Source of the DNA: Pseudodesulfovibrio mercurii
Lineage (GTDB): Bacteria; Desulfobacterota; Desulfovibrionia; Desulfovibrionales; Desulfovibrionaceae
Length of the DNA stretch: 32,000 nucleotides
Direction: 5' to 3'
NCBI RefSeq assembly: GCF_000189295.2
Contig: NC_016803.1
Coordinates: forward strand, 540,001 to 572,000
Positions 18,895-26,841 of the stretch are shown here, one piece after another. Numbering within the stretch: position 1 is the stretch's first letter; each line of letters begins with the position of its first letter. The position numbers and the translations under genes are program-made. The notes under the pieces were generated by a model. It worked only from the letters and a program-made list of their open reading frames with translations, did no database searches and had not been told where the DNA came from.

Positions 18895-21189
18895 CTACTT
18901 GAGCGTTACCTCGGTCATGCCGTCCCCGCCCCGGTCCTCCGGGGCCAGGGTGAAACTCTCCACCGCCGGATAATACTTGAGGAACTCGTGCACCTCGCGC
19001 CTGAGCGCCCCGGTCCCCCGGCCGTGCACGATCTCCATCTTGCCCGCGCCCTTGCGCAGGGCGTCGTCCAGGGCCCGCTCCAGCTCGCTCAGGGCCTCGT
19101 CGGCCCTGCGTCCGCGCAGGTCCACCTCGATCACCAGTTCGCTCGGGGCCGGAAGCTTGGGCCCGGCGGGCCTGGCGTTCCACGACGGGTCGTCGGCCGG
19201 GCCGAGATGCTCGGCCTTGACCCACATGGCCACGCCGCCGATGTCCACCTTGGCCTGCTTCTTCTTCTCGTTGATTTCCAGCACCGTGCCCGACTTGTTC
19301 CATGCCGGATACGACACTTTCTTGCCCGGGACAATATCCGCGAAGGAAAAAACGGGTTCCTCCTTGCGTTCCGGGATGATGTCCTCGATGCGCAGGCGGG
19401 CCTGGTGGAGCTTCTTGCGCGCCTCTTTCTGGCCGATGCGCTCGGTCTTCCACTGCTTGACCACTTCCTGGGCCTTGGCCTGAACGTCCTTGAGGATCTT
19501 GGAGCGTTCCTTCTCGAACTTTTGCTCAAGGGTGGCCCGCTTCTTCTCGATGCGGGCGTGCTCCGCCTCGATGGCGTCCAGTTCGGCCTCTTTCTTCACG
19601 GCCATGGCGTTGAGACGGTCCAGCACGGCGGAGGTGTCCGAACCGTCCAGCAGGAGATATTTTTCGGCCCGTTCCAGGATGGCGGCGGGCAGGCCGTGCT
19701 CGCGGGCCACGTCCAGGGCGATGGACGCGCCCACCTGGTCGTAGGCCAGGCGAAAGAGCGGCTTCTTGGTGCTCGGGTCGAAGAGCACGCTGGCCGCGCG
19801 CACACCCTTGGTGGCCATGGCGTAGGCCTTCAGCGCCGGGAAATGGGTGGCCGTGAACGCGGTGGCCCGCTTTTCCAGCAGGGAGTCGATGACCGCCTGG
19901 GCCAGGGCCGCGCCCTGGGTGGGGTCCGTGCCCGCGCCGAACTCGTCGAGGATGAACAGGGAGCGGTCGTCCACCTTGTCCCAGACCCGCCGCAGGTATT
20001 TGATTTGGGCGGTGAAGGTGGAGACGTTCTCCTCCAGGGACTGCTCGTCGCCCATGATGACGAAGATGTCGTCCCACAGGGGCAGGCGGCTGCCCTCCGC
20101 GGCCGGGACCGGCAGGCCGGAAAAGGCCATCAGGCCGATGAGGCCCACGGTCTTGAGGCAGACGGTCTTGCCGCCCGCGTTGCCGCCGCTGACGATCATG
20201 GCCCGCTGGCCTTCCAGCAGCTCGATGTTCACGGCGTGGACCGCGTCGTCGGTCAGGGCCAGGAGCGGATGGCGGGCCTTGAGGAGCTTGGGCGCGCCCT
20301 CCTCGACCACCTCGATGGTCCGGCCGTTGTAGGCGTCGGCCAACCGGACCTTGGCCGTGAGCACGTCCAGGGTGACCAGGCCGTCGTAGGCCCCGCGCAC
20401 CGCGTCCCCCTCCTGGCGTACCAGGGAGGTCAGGTATTGCAGGACCTTGTATTCCTCGGCCCGCTCCTCGCGCTTGAGTTCCTGGAGCTTGTTGTTGGTC
20501 TCCACCAGGAAGATGGGCTCGAAGTAGCAGGTCTCGCCGGTCTGCGAGTAGTCGTGGATGATGCCTTTGGTCTTGTTCTTGAAATTCGCCTTGATGGGCA
20601 GCACGTACCGGTCGGACGAGATGGTCATGAACTCGTCCTGCATGGCCGATGCCATGTTCTCCTGGAGGATGAAGTCCTTGACCCGCTTGGTACAGCGCTG
20701 GTGAATGGCCCGAATCTCCTGGCGCACGGTCAGCAGGTTCGGGGAACTTTCGTCCTTGATCTGTCCTTCGGCGTCCAGGCAGCGGGTGATGCCGGACACG
20801 GTCTTCTGGGGCCAGGGGTAGGCGAAGAGCTCGTCGCGGAGCACGTCGAAGCCGCGTTCCTCGAAGCCGGACAGGGAGTCGCGGGCGTCGCGGGCCAGGT
20901 CCAGGATGACCTTCAGGGCGAAGAGCGCGTCCTGGTCGAGCACGGCCAGCTCGCTGTCCAGGTGCGGAAAGATGCCGCCCACTTCGGGAAAGGGGCGCAT
21001 GCGGAAGCCCGACTCGCGCACCCAGGCCGCGCCCTGGTCGAACAGGGTCCCGGCCCGGCGCACGGCCGGAAGGGTGTCGTGGGGGCGGATGGCCAGGCAC
21101 GCGGAAGCGCCGGGTTCGGACACGGCGAAACCGGACAGTGCCCCAAGAATCTTGGGGAACTCCAATACCTGGAATGTTCTGGACTCCAT
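18895..21189 (-). CDS. mutS2: endonuclease MutS2 (MutS-family ATPase with C-terminal Smr domain)
   Basis: 764 aa. Walker A GGNAGGKTV, Walker B FILDEFGAGTDP, and the C-terminal Smr domain VDLRGRRADEALSELERALDDA...IVHGRGTGALRREVHEFL. Confidence 0.9.
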   Translation of the reverse strand: MESRTFQVLEFPKILGALSGFAVSEPGASACLAIRPHDTLPAVRRAGTLFDQGAAWVRESGFRMRPFPEVGGIFPHLDSELAVLDQDALFALKVILDLARDARDSLSGFEERGFDVLRDELFAYPWPQKTVSGITRCLDAEGQIKDESSPNLLTVRQEIRAIHQRCTKRVKDFILQENMASAMQDEFMTISSDRYVLPIKANFKNKTKGIIHDYSQTGETCYFEPIFLVETNNKLQELKREERAEEYKVLQYLTSLVRQEGDAVRGAYDGLVTLDVLTAKVRLADAYNGRTIEVVEEGAPKLLKARHPLLALTDDAVHAVNIELLEGQRAMIVSGGNAGGKTVCLKTVGLIGLMAFSGLPVPAAEGSRLPLWDDIFVIMGDEQSLEENVSTFTAQIKYLRRVWDKVDDRSLFILDEFGAGTDPTQGAALAQAVIDSLLEKRATAFTATHFPALKAYAMATKGVRAASVLFDPSTKKPLFRLAYDQVGASIALDVAREHGLPAAILERAEKYLLLDGSDTSAVLDRLNAMAVKKEAELDAIEAEHARIEKKRATLEQKFEKERSKILKDVQAKAQEVVKQWKTERIGQKEARKKLHQARLRIEDIIPERKEEPVFSFADIVPGKKVSYPAWNKSGTVLEINEKKKQAKVDIGGVAMWVKAEHLGPADDPSWNARPAGPKLPAPSELVIEVDLRGRRADEALSELERALDDALRKGAGKMEIVHGRGTGALRREVHEFLKYYPAVESFTLAPEDRGGDGMTEVTLK

Positions 21190-21212
21190 GGATGAGCCGG
21201 GGGGTTCGAGAG

Positions 21213-21659
21213 TTAGGAGAGCTTGGCCCTGACCAGCCCGCTGGCCTTTTTGCCGTCAACCTGTCCCTTGTGCGCCTCGAGCACGGCCTGCATGACCTTG
21301 CCCATGTCCGCCATGGAGGCGGCCCCGACGTCGGCGATGGCCTTGTCGATGGCGGCCGAAAGCTCCTCGTCGGACAGCTGCTTGGGGAGATAGACTTCGA
21401 GGGCGACGAGTTCGTCGGCCTCGACACGGGCCAGGTCGTCCCTGCCCGCCTTGGTGTACTGGTCGAAGGAGTCCTTGCGCTGCTTGACCTGTTTGGCGAC
21501 GAGATCAAGGACGATCTCGTCGGACAGGTCCTGGCACTTGTCCTCGACCATACGGTTTTTAATGGCCGTCTTGAGATGCCTCAAGACGGCCACTTTTACC
21601 GTAGCTTTGGCCTTATAGGCCTCTATGTAGTCTTTGTCTATTTGCTTGGACAGACTCAT
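21213..21659 (-). CDS. yqeY: GatB/YqeY domain-containing protein
   Basis: 148 aa with YqeY-like layout: KDYIEAYKAK..., DEIVLDLVAKQVKQRKDS, MADMGKVMQAVLEAHKGQVDGKKASGLV. Starts 3 nt after the rpsU stop. Confidence 0.8.
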   Translation of the reverse strand: MSLSKQIDKDYIEAYKAKATVKVAVLRHLKTAIKNRMVEDKCQDLSDEIVLDLVAKQVKQRKDSFDQYTKAGRDDLARVEADELVALEVYLPKQLSDEELSAAIDKAIADVGAASMADMGKVMQAVLEAHKGQVDGKKASGLVRAKLS

Positions 21660-21662
21660 AAT

Positions 21663-21863
21663 CTACATGCTGCGAATCTTGCGCATCTTTTTGGCAAGCC
21701 TTTTCTTGGCGGCAGCTTTCTTTTTCTTCTTCTGCACGCTCGGCTTCTCGTAGTGCTGGCGTTTCTTCAACTCGGACAGAATTCCGGCCTTCTCCACCTG
21801 CTTCTTGAAGCGACGCAGGGAGACGTCGAAATTGTCATTTTCGTCAAAATACACTCCGGGCAA
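21663..21863 (-). CDS. rpsU: 30S ribosomal protein S21
   Basis: 66 aa: (M)[41 protein letters not shown], followed by a basic tail. TTG start with SD GAGGAGGTG 7 nt upstream. Confidence 0.9.
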   Translation of the reverse strand: MPGVYFDENDNFDVSLRRFKKQVEKAGILSELKKRQHYEKPSVQKKKKKAAAKKRLAKKMRKIRSM

Positions 21864-21990
21864 TGAAAATCACCTCCTCGGTGAACCGCCCGCTCTCTTG
21901 GCGGGCCAGCGAAATAAGAGAAACTACATATATACAAAAAAACGAAAAGGCAACCGAAAAATGTGGTCGAAAACGGAATGCCTGGTCCGC

Positions 21991-22025
21991 GAAAAAAGGC
22001 CCGTCCGGCAGTACCCGGACAGGCC
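21991..22025 (-). terminator. rho-independent terminator after the hup / small-ORF unit
   Basis: Read on the minus strand: GGCCTGTCCGG / 6-nt loop / CCGGACGGGCC, an 11-bp stem with one G-U pair, followed by TTTTTT. Confidence 0.7.
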
Positions 22026-22048
22026 TCTTCGATGCAGTCGGTCGATGA

Positions 22049-22219
22049 TTAGTGTCCTGCCTTTTTCGCGTCCCGGAGGGACTGGAGGACCGTAACCGTC
22101 AGAGCGACGCCGAGGACGCCGAGGACGATGTACAGGACACCGAAAAAGACGAAATGATCAGGCATCCACCAAGGGAGGTCCATGGGCAGCGGGCTGTGAA
22201 CGGTTTCACCGTGAATCAT
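22049..22219 (-). CDS. hypothetical small membrane protein, 56 aa, single TM; below the ORF-track size cutoff
   Basis: My own translation of the minus strand gives MIHGETVHSPLPMDLPWWMPDHFVFFGVLYIVLGVLGVALTVTVLQSLRDAKKAGH, ending at a stop. SD GGAGAG lies 6 nt before the ATG (22219-22217). Starts 15 nt after the hup stop. Codon position 3 is mostly G/C. The terminator follows about 25 nt after the stop. Confidence 0.5.
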   Translation of the reverse strand: MIHGETVHSPLPMDLPWWMPDHFVFFGVLYIVLGVLGVALTVTVLQSLRDAKKAGH

Positions 22220-22234
22220 CGTTATCTCTCCAAA

Positions 22235-22507
22235 TTATTTGACGGCGTCTTTGAGAATCTTACCGGGACGGAATTTGACGACCTTGGTCTCGGGGATCTT
22301 GAGTTCGAGACCGGTGCGGGGGTTGCGTCCGACGCGGGACTTGCGGAGCTCCACCATGAAGGTGCCGAAACCGGTCAGGGTGAGCTTGCCCTCGGAGACC
22401 AGGGTGCTTTCCACGGTCTCGAGGAACGCATTCAGGGCGCGTTCGGCGTTCGCTTTGGTCAGGTTGGCCTTTTCCGCGATTTTGACAACCAATTCAGCCT
22501 TTGTCAT
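22235..22507 (-). CDS. hup: HU family DNA-binding protein
   Basis: 90 aa: MTKAELVVKIAEKANLTKANAERALNAFLETV..., FGTF, and the arm RVGRNPRTGLELKIPETKVVKFRPGK. Confidence 0.9.
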   Translation of the reverse strand: MTKAELVVKIAEKANLTKANAERALNAFLETVESTLVSEGKLTLTGFGTFMVELRKSRVGRNPRTGLELKIPETKVVKFRPGKILKDAVK

Positions 22508-22782
22508 CAGTCCTTCCTCCTCGGTGAAATAATTACCTGATGGTATTTGTTAAAGTGCAGCCAGAGCGCAAAATGCACTCGCACTTTGTTTCCGTCACCA
22601 ACTCACCTCTTGGCCTTTAAATGAACTTTTGTCCCGTGTCCAGCCCGAGCATTGAAAAAAAACGAAAAAACCTACGCTATATGGCGCTTTCGGGGCATTT
22701 TGCACCCTCGGATTCGGGCCTGAAAATCCGGTTTTCCCCTCGCCAGAGAGCAGGGATTGCACGGTCTTTGTGAAAATATGGA

Positions 22783-23565
22783 CTAATAGATTAAGGAAAG
22801 CGCACGGAATTGTGTCGGCGTGAGGTTTTCCGGCCTGAGCGACGGACTGACGCCCTCCTCCCGGAACCACTGCTCCACCGCCGGGGTCATGCGCTTTTTC
22901 AGGATGGTGGAAATCTGCTTGCGCCGCTGCTGGAAGAGCAGCTTGATCAGCTCCGCCAGCCGGTCCGGGTCTTCGGGACGGGCCCCCGCGGGCAGGGGAT
23001 CGAAGCGGACCACGGCGGAATCGACCTTGGGGCGCGGCCGGAAGACCGTGGGCGGCACCTTGAAGAGATAGCGCGTGTCGCTGAAGTTCCGGACCCAGGC
23101 GGTCAGCCCGCCGTAGGCCTTGGAACCGGGCTCGGCGGTCAGCCGCAGGGCCACCTCGTGCTGGACCATGAAGACCGCCCGTTCCAGGGTCTCGACCCGG
23201 CTGACGATGTCCCAGATGAGCTTGGAGCCCACGTTGTACGGGAGGTTGCCGATGATCCGGACCGGTCCCTCCGCATTCAGCTCCGCCCAGGGGAACTTCA
23301 GGGCGTCGGCCCGGATGACCTCGAGGTCGGGCCAGCGTTCCTCGAGCCGGTCGGCCAGGTCGTCGTCCATCTCCACCACCCGCAGGCGCGCCCCGGTCTC
23401 GACCAGGTGTTCGGTCAGGGCGCCCTGCCCCGGACCTATTTCTATAATAGACGCGCCGGGCGTGGGCGCCAGGGCGTCCACGATCTTGCGGCAGATGTTC
23501 CGGTCGGTCAGGAAGTTCTGGCCCAGGCTCTTCTTGGCCCGGTGGGGCTGGTCTCTATGCGCCAT
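22783..23565 (-). CDS. rsmA: 16S rRNA (adenine1518/1519-N6)-dimethyltransferase RsmA/KsgA
   Basis: 260 aa: KKSLGQNFL, the SAM motif IIEIGPGQGALT, and the NLPYNVGS motif. Confidence 0.92.
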   Translation of the reverse strand: MAHRDQPHRAKKSLGQNFLTDRNICRKIVDALAPTPGASIIEIGPGQGALTEHLVETGARLRVVEMDDDLADRLEERWPDLEVIRADALKFPWAELNAEGPVRIIGNLPYNVGSKLIWDIVSRVETLERAVFMVQHEVALRLTAEPGSKAYGGLTAWVRNFSDTRYLFKVPPTVFRPRPKVDSAVVRFDPLPAGARPEDPDRLAELIKLLFQQRRKQISTILKKRMTPAVEQWFREEGVSPSLRPENLTPTQFRALSLIY

Positions 23566-23618
23566 GCGTGTTCTCCGTCGTCAGGGGATAGCGGAACCCG
23601 GTCCGGCTGGCAACAGCA

Positions 23619-23648
23619 TTGACACCATCTCCCCGGAAAACGTATGAA
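23619..23648 (+). promoter_or_regulatory. candidate sigma-70 promoter for apt-mtnP-mtaD
   Basis: TTGACA (23619-23624), 18-nt spacer, TATGAA (23643-23648). SD GAGGAGG lies before the ATG at 23679. Confidence 0.5.
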
Positions 23649-23678
23649 TCCCCGGTATCCGTTCCATGAGGAGGACCC

Positions 23679-24200
23679 ATGAACCTACGCCATTACGTGC
23701 GGGACATCCCGGACTACCCCAAGAAGGGCATCACCTTCTTCGACATCACGCCCATCCTGAGCACGCCCAAGGCCTTTCGCTACGTCATCGACCAGCTGTA
23801 CGAGAAGTACAAGGACTGCGGCGCGGACAAGATCGTGGCCGCCGACGCCCGGGGATTCATCTTCGGCGCGCCCCTGGCCCTCAAGATGGGCATCGGCTTC
23901 GTGCCCATCCGCAAGCCCGGCAAGCTGCCGTACAAGAACCGCTGCGTGACCTACGACCTGGAATACGGCTCGGACACCCTGTGCATGCACGTGGACGCCA
24001 TCGAACAGGGCGACAAGATCCTGATGATCGACGACCTGCTGGCCACGGGCGGCACGGCCGAGGGCATGATCAAGCTGATCCGCGAGGCGGGCGGCGAGAT
24101 CGTGGGCGCGGGCTTCGTCATCCAGCTCTCCTTCCTGGACGGCGACGAGGTCATGCGCGCGGCCGACGTGAAACATGATTTCCTGATCGGAATCGATTAA
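23679..24200 (+). CDS. apt: adenine phosphoribosyltransferase
   Basis: 173 aa: IPDYPKKGITFFDITP, ARGFIFG, and the PRPP motif ILMIDDLLATGGTA. Confidence 0.95.
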   Translation: MNLRHYVRDIPDYPKKGITFFDITPILSTPKAFRYVIDQLYEKYKDCGADKIVAADARGFIFGAPLALKMGIGFVPIRKPGKLPYKNRCVTYDLEYGSDTLCMHVDAIEQGDKILMIDDLLATGGTAEGMIKLIREAGGEIVGAGFVIQLSFLDGDEVMRAADVKHDFLIGID

Positions 24201-24212
24201 CCGGGAGCGATC

Positions 24213-24971
24213 ATGAGCAAAACCGGCAAGATCGGCATCATCGGCGGCAGCGGCCTGGACGATCCGGACCTGTTGCGAGATGCCCGCGACGTGGAGATGG
24301 GCACGCCCTACGGCAAGCCCTCCGCCCTGCTCAAGGAAGGGACCATCGAGGGCCGCGAGGTGGTCCTGCTGGCCCGGCACGGCCGCGAGCACACCATTCC
24401 GCCCACCTTCGTCAACTACCGGGCCAACATCAAGGCCCTCAAGGACATCGGCTGCGACCGCATCCTGGCCACCACGGCCTGCGGCTCCCTGCGCGAGGAG
24501 ATCGGCCGGGGCGACCTGGTCATCCTGGACCAGTTCATCGACTTCACCCGGCGCCGGCAGGTCTCCTTCTTCGACGAGTTCGAGCCCCACGGCGCGGTGC
24601 ACACGGCCATGGCCGACCCCTTCGACGCGAACCTGCGCGGCAGGCTCAACGGGGCCTGCGACAAGCTCGGCCTGACCCACCACAATACCGGCACGGTCAT
24701 CACCATCGAGGGCTCGCGCTTTTCCACCCGGGCCGAGTCTAACATGTTCCGCATGTGGGGCGCGGACGTCATCAACATGAGCGTGGCCCCGGAGTGCCTG
24801 CTGGCCAACGAGGCGGGCATCCCATATGCGGCCGTGGCCATGAGCACGGACTACGACTGCTGGAAGACCGACGAGGCCCCGGTGACCTGGGACGAGATTC
24901 TCGAGGTCTTCAGGGGCAACGTGGAAAAGGTCACCTCCCTGCTGGTCGAGGTCATCCGGGAGTTGGACTAG
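24213..24971 (+). CDS. mtnP: S-methyl-5'-thioadenosine phosphorylase (MTAP family; substrate could be MTA or methylthioinosine)
   Basis: 252 aa: IGIIGGSGL, LARHGREH, PP..VNYRANI, TTACGSL, WGADVINMS, and AMSTDYDCW. Confidence 0.88.
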   Translation: MSKTGKIGIIGGSGLDDPDLLRDARDVEMGTPYGKPSALLKEGTIEGREVVLLARHGREHTIPPTFVNYRANIKALKDIGCDRILATTACGSLREEIGRGDLVILDQFIDFTRRRQVSFFDEFEPHGAVHTAMADPFDANLRGRLNGACDKLGLTHHNTGTVITIEGSRFSTRAESNMFRMWGADVINMSVAPECLLANEAGIPYAAVAMSTDYDCWKTDEAPVTWDEILEVFRGNVEKVTSLLVEVIRELD

Positions 24972-24974
24972 GCC

Positions 24975-26324
24975 ATGCACGCATCCGACTTTACCGCGAC
25001 CGCGCCCCTGGCCTGCGACCTGCTGGTCCGGGCCGACGCGGTCATCACCCAGGACGACGAGCGGCGCGTCCTGACCGACGCCGGGGTGGCCGTGGCCGAC
25101 GGCCTGGTCCTCGAGGTGGGCGACTACGCCGACCTCGACGCCCGGTACGAGCCCGTCCAACGGCTGGACATGGCGGGCAGGATGCTCCTGCCCGGCCTGG
25201 TCAACGGCCACACCCACCTGCCCATGACCCTGCTGCGCGGCTTTGCCGACGACCTGCCGCTCATGGACTGGCTTCAGGAGCACATCTGGCCCGTGGAGGC
25301 CCAACTGGACGAGGAACTGCTCGGCATCGGCGCGCGGCTCGGCTGCGCGGAACTGATCCGTACCGGGTGCACGGCCTTCCTGAACGGCTATTTCCACGAG
25401 CACGTCACGGGCGAGGCGGCCTCGGCCTGCGGTCTGCGCGCGGTCCTGGGCGAGGGATTCTTCGCCTTCCCGTCCCCGTTCTTCCCCACGGCCGAGGCGT
25501 GCTGGGAGACCATCCGGACGCTTCAGGCGCGTTTTGCCGACGACCCGCTGGTGCGCACGGCGGTCACGCCCCACGCGGCCTTCACCGTACCGCCGGAGCT
25601 GCTCGAGGCGAGCTACGAGCTGGCCGAGTCCCTGGACATCCCCTGGCAGACGCACCTGGCCGAATCGCCCACCGAGACCTCGGTCTGCCTGGGCAAGTAC
25701 GGCATGCGCCCGGTGGAGATCCTGCGCACCCGCGGGCTGCTCTCCCCGCGCGTGACCCTGCACCACTGCGTGGACGTGGACGAGCGGGAGATCGCCCGGC
25801 TGGCCGCGTCCGGGGCCAACGTGGTCCACAACCCGGCCTCCAACCTGAAATTGTGCTCGGGCATGTCCCCGGTGCAGGACCTGCTCGACGCCGGGGTTAA
25901 CGTGGGACTGGGCACGGACGGCGCGTCGAGCAACAACCAGCTGAACATGTTTCGCGACATGGGGCTGGCCGCCCTGGTCGGCAAGGTCCGCCACGGCGAC
26001 GCCTCGGCCGTGGGCGCCCAGACCGCCCTGGACATGGCCACCCGCAACTCGGCCCGCTGCCTGGGCTGGCCCGAGCTGGGCCGCATCGAGGCCGGATACC
26101 CGGCGGACATGATCGCCCTGGACCTCTCCTCGCCCAACCTCATGCCGGTCTTCAACCACGTGTCCCACGCGGTCTACGCGGCCACGGGCATGGAGGTCTG
26201 CATGACCATGGTGGCGGGCGAGGTGCTCTATCTCTATGGCGAGTTCCGGACCCTGGACGTGGGCGGGCTGCGCCGCGAGGCGGCCAGGGCCGCGAAATGG
26301 GTCCGGCGGGCCTCCGGAAAGTGA
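24975..26324 (+). CDS. mtaD: 5-methylthioadenosine/S-adenosylhomocysteine deaminase (amidohydrolase superfamily)
   Basis: 449 aa. Metal-binding PGLVNGHTHLPM, then HLAES, HCV, and GLGTDGASSNN. Confidence 0.85.
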   Translation: MHASDFTATAPLACDLLVRADAVITQDDERRVLTDAGVAVADGLVLEVGDYADLDARYEPVQRLDMAGRMLLPGLVNGHTHLPMTLLRGFADDLPLMDWLQEHIWPVEAQLDEELLGIGARLGCAELIRTGCTAFLNGYFHEHVTGEAASACGLRAVLGEGFFAFPSPFFPTAEACWETIRTLQARFADDPLVRTAVTPHAAFTVPPELLEASYELAESLDIPWQTHLAESPTETSVCLGKYGMRPVEILRTRGLLSPRVTLHHCVDVDEREIARLAASGANVVHNPASNLKLCSGMSPVQDLLDAGVNVGLGTDGASSNNQLNMFRDMGLAALVGKVRHGDASAVGAQTALDMATRNSARCLGWPELGRIEAGYPADMIALDLSSPNLMPVFNHVSHAVYAATGMEVCMTMVAGEVLYLYGEFRTLDVGGLRREAARAAKWVRRASGK

Positions 26325-26342
26325 AAAAGAACCGCAAATAGC

Positions 26343-26371
26343 TTGACAACACCCGCCCCTGGTGCATATCG
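26343..26371 (+). promoter_or_regulatory. candidate sigma-70 promoter for the PxxKW gene
   Basis: Perfect TTGACA (26343-26348), 17-nt spacer ending in TGC, then ATATCG (26366-26371). SD AGGAGGAAGG lies before the ATG at 26454. Confidence 0.4.
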
Positions 26372-26453
26372 AAGTCTGCTCTTGCACCGATATGAAAATT
26401 CGTATGCCGCTGGCATCCCGTGAGCCGCATTATTTTTAGGAGGAAGGCACGAC

Positions 26454-26741
26454 ATGGCCAAGAAAAAAGGAATCGTTACCCTGGAAGGCGCCGTCAAGAC
26501 CGCTGAGGGTCTGAGCTACAAGGGCGTCATTCTGGAACCCGTTGTGGAGAAGTGTGAAGGCTGCGACCGCAGCGTTTCCTTCGAGGACACCGACTACTGC
26601 CCGACCTACGCCCAGCCCGCCCGCAAGTGGGCCCACGGCGTGTGCAACTTCGCCACGCACGTGCGCGCCGAAGTGGACAAGGCCGGCAAGGTCAAGGTCA
26701 ACCCGCTGAAGGCTTCCAAGCGCGCCGCGCGCGGTCGCTAG
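26454..26741 (+). CDS. PxxKW family cysteine-rich small protein
   Basis: 95 aa with Cys34-x2-Cys37, Cys49 and Cys64, PARKW at residues 55-59, and a basic C-terminal tail KASKRAARGR. The family name is from memory of NCBI protein-family naming. Strong SD and its own terminator. Confidence 0.7.
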   Translation: MAKKKGIVTLEGAVKTAEGLSYKGVILEPVVEKCEGCDRSVSFEDTDYCPTYAQPARKWAHGVCNFATHVRAEVDKAGKVKVNPLKASKRAARGR

Positions 26742-26756
26742 ATCACGGCAAGCAGG

Positions 26757-26786
26757 AAAGGCGGGGCTGGTCCCCGCCTTTTTTTT
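26757..26786 (+). terminator. rho-independent terminator of the PxxKW gene
   Basis: AAAGGCGGGG / CTGGT / CCCCGCCTTT, followed by TTTTT. Confidence 0.8.
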
Positions 26787-26841
26787 GTTTGTATGCTCCG
26801 GTTTTTGGGCTAGTTTCCACGAAAACGACATCGGAGGTTCC

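Noticed and set aside
17554-21195. 1213-aa ORF on the plus strand
   Set aside because: It is antisense to dnaG and mutS2, which carry unambiguous catalytic motifs. The composition is Gly/Arg/Ala/Leu-rich with no domains. It is a shadow ORF.
22052-22540. 162-aa plus-strand ORF
   Set aside because: It is antisense to hup and to the 56-codon ORF. hup has unmistakable HU motifs, so the plus-strand frame is spurious.
22595-22870. 91-aa minus-strand ORF in the rsmA-hup spacer
   Set aside because: It overlaps the rsmA 3' end in another frame and has no SD. Its codon bias is atypical for this genome because the AT-rich spacer gives it AT-rich third positions.
23608-23622. Sigma-54-like motif TGGCAACAGCATTGA upstream of apt
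   Set aside because: The spacing is correct, but the -12 element is TTGA rather than TTGC. The TTGA is part of a perfect sigma-70 -35 hexamer that has a matching -10, which is the simpler explanation.
23685-26387. 900-aa ORF on the minus strand
   Set aside because: It is antisense to apt, mtnP and mtaD. It shows the same shadow-frame composition and no signal sequences or motifs.
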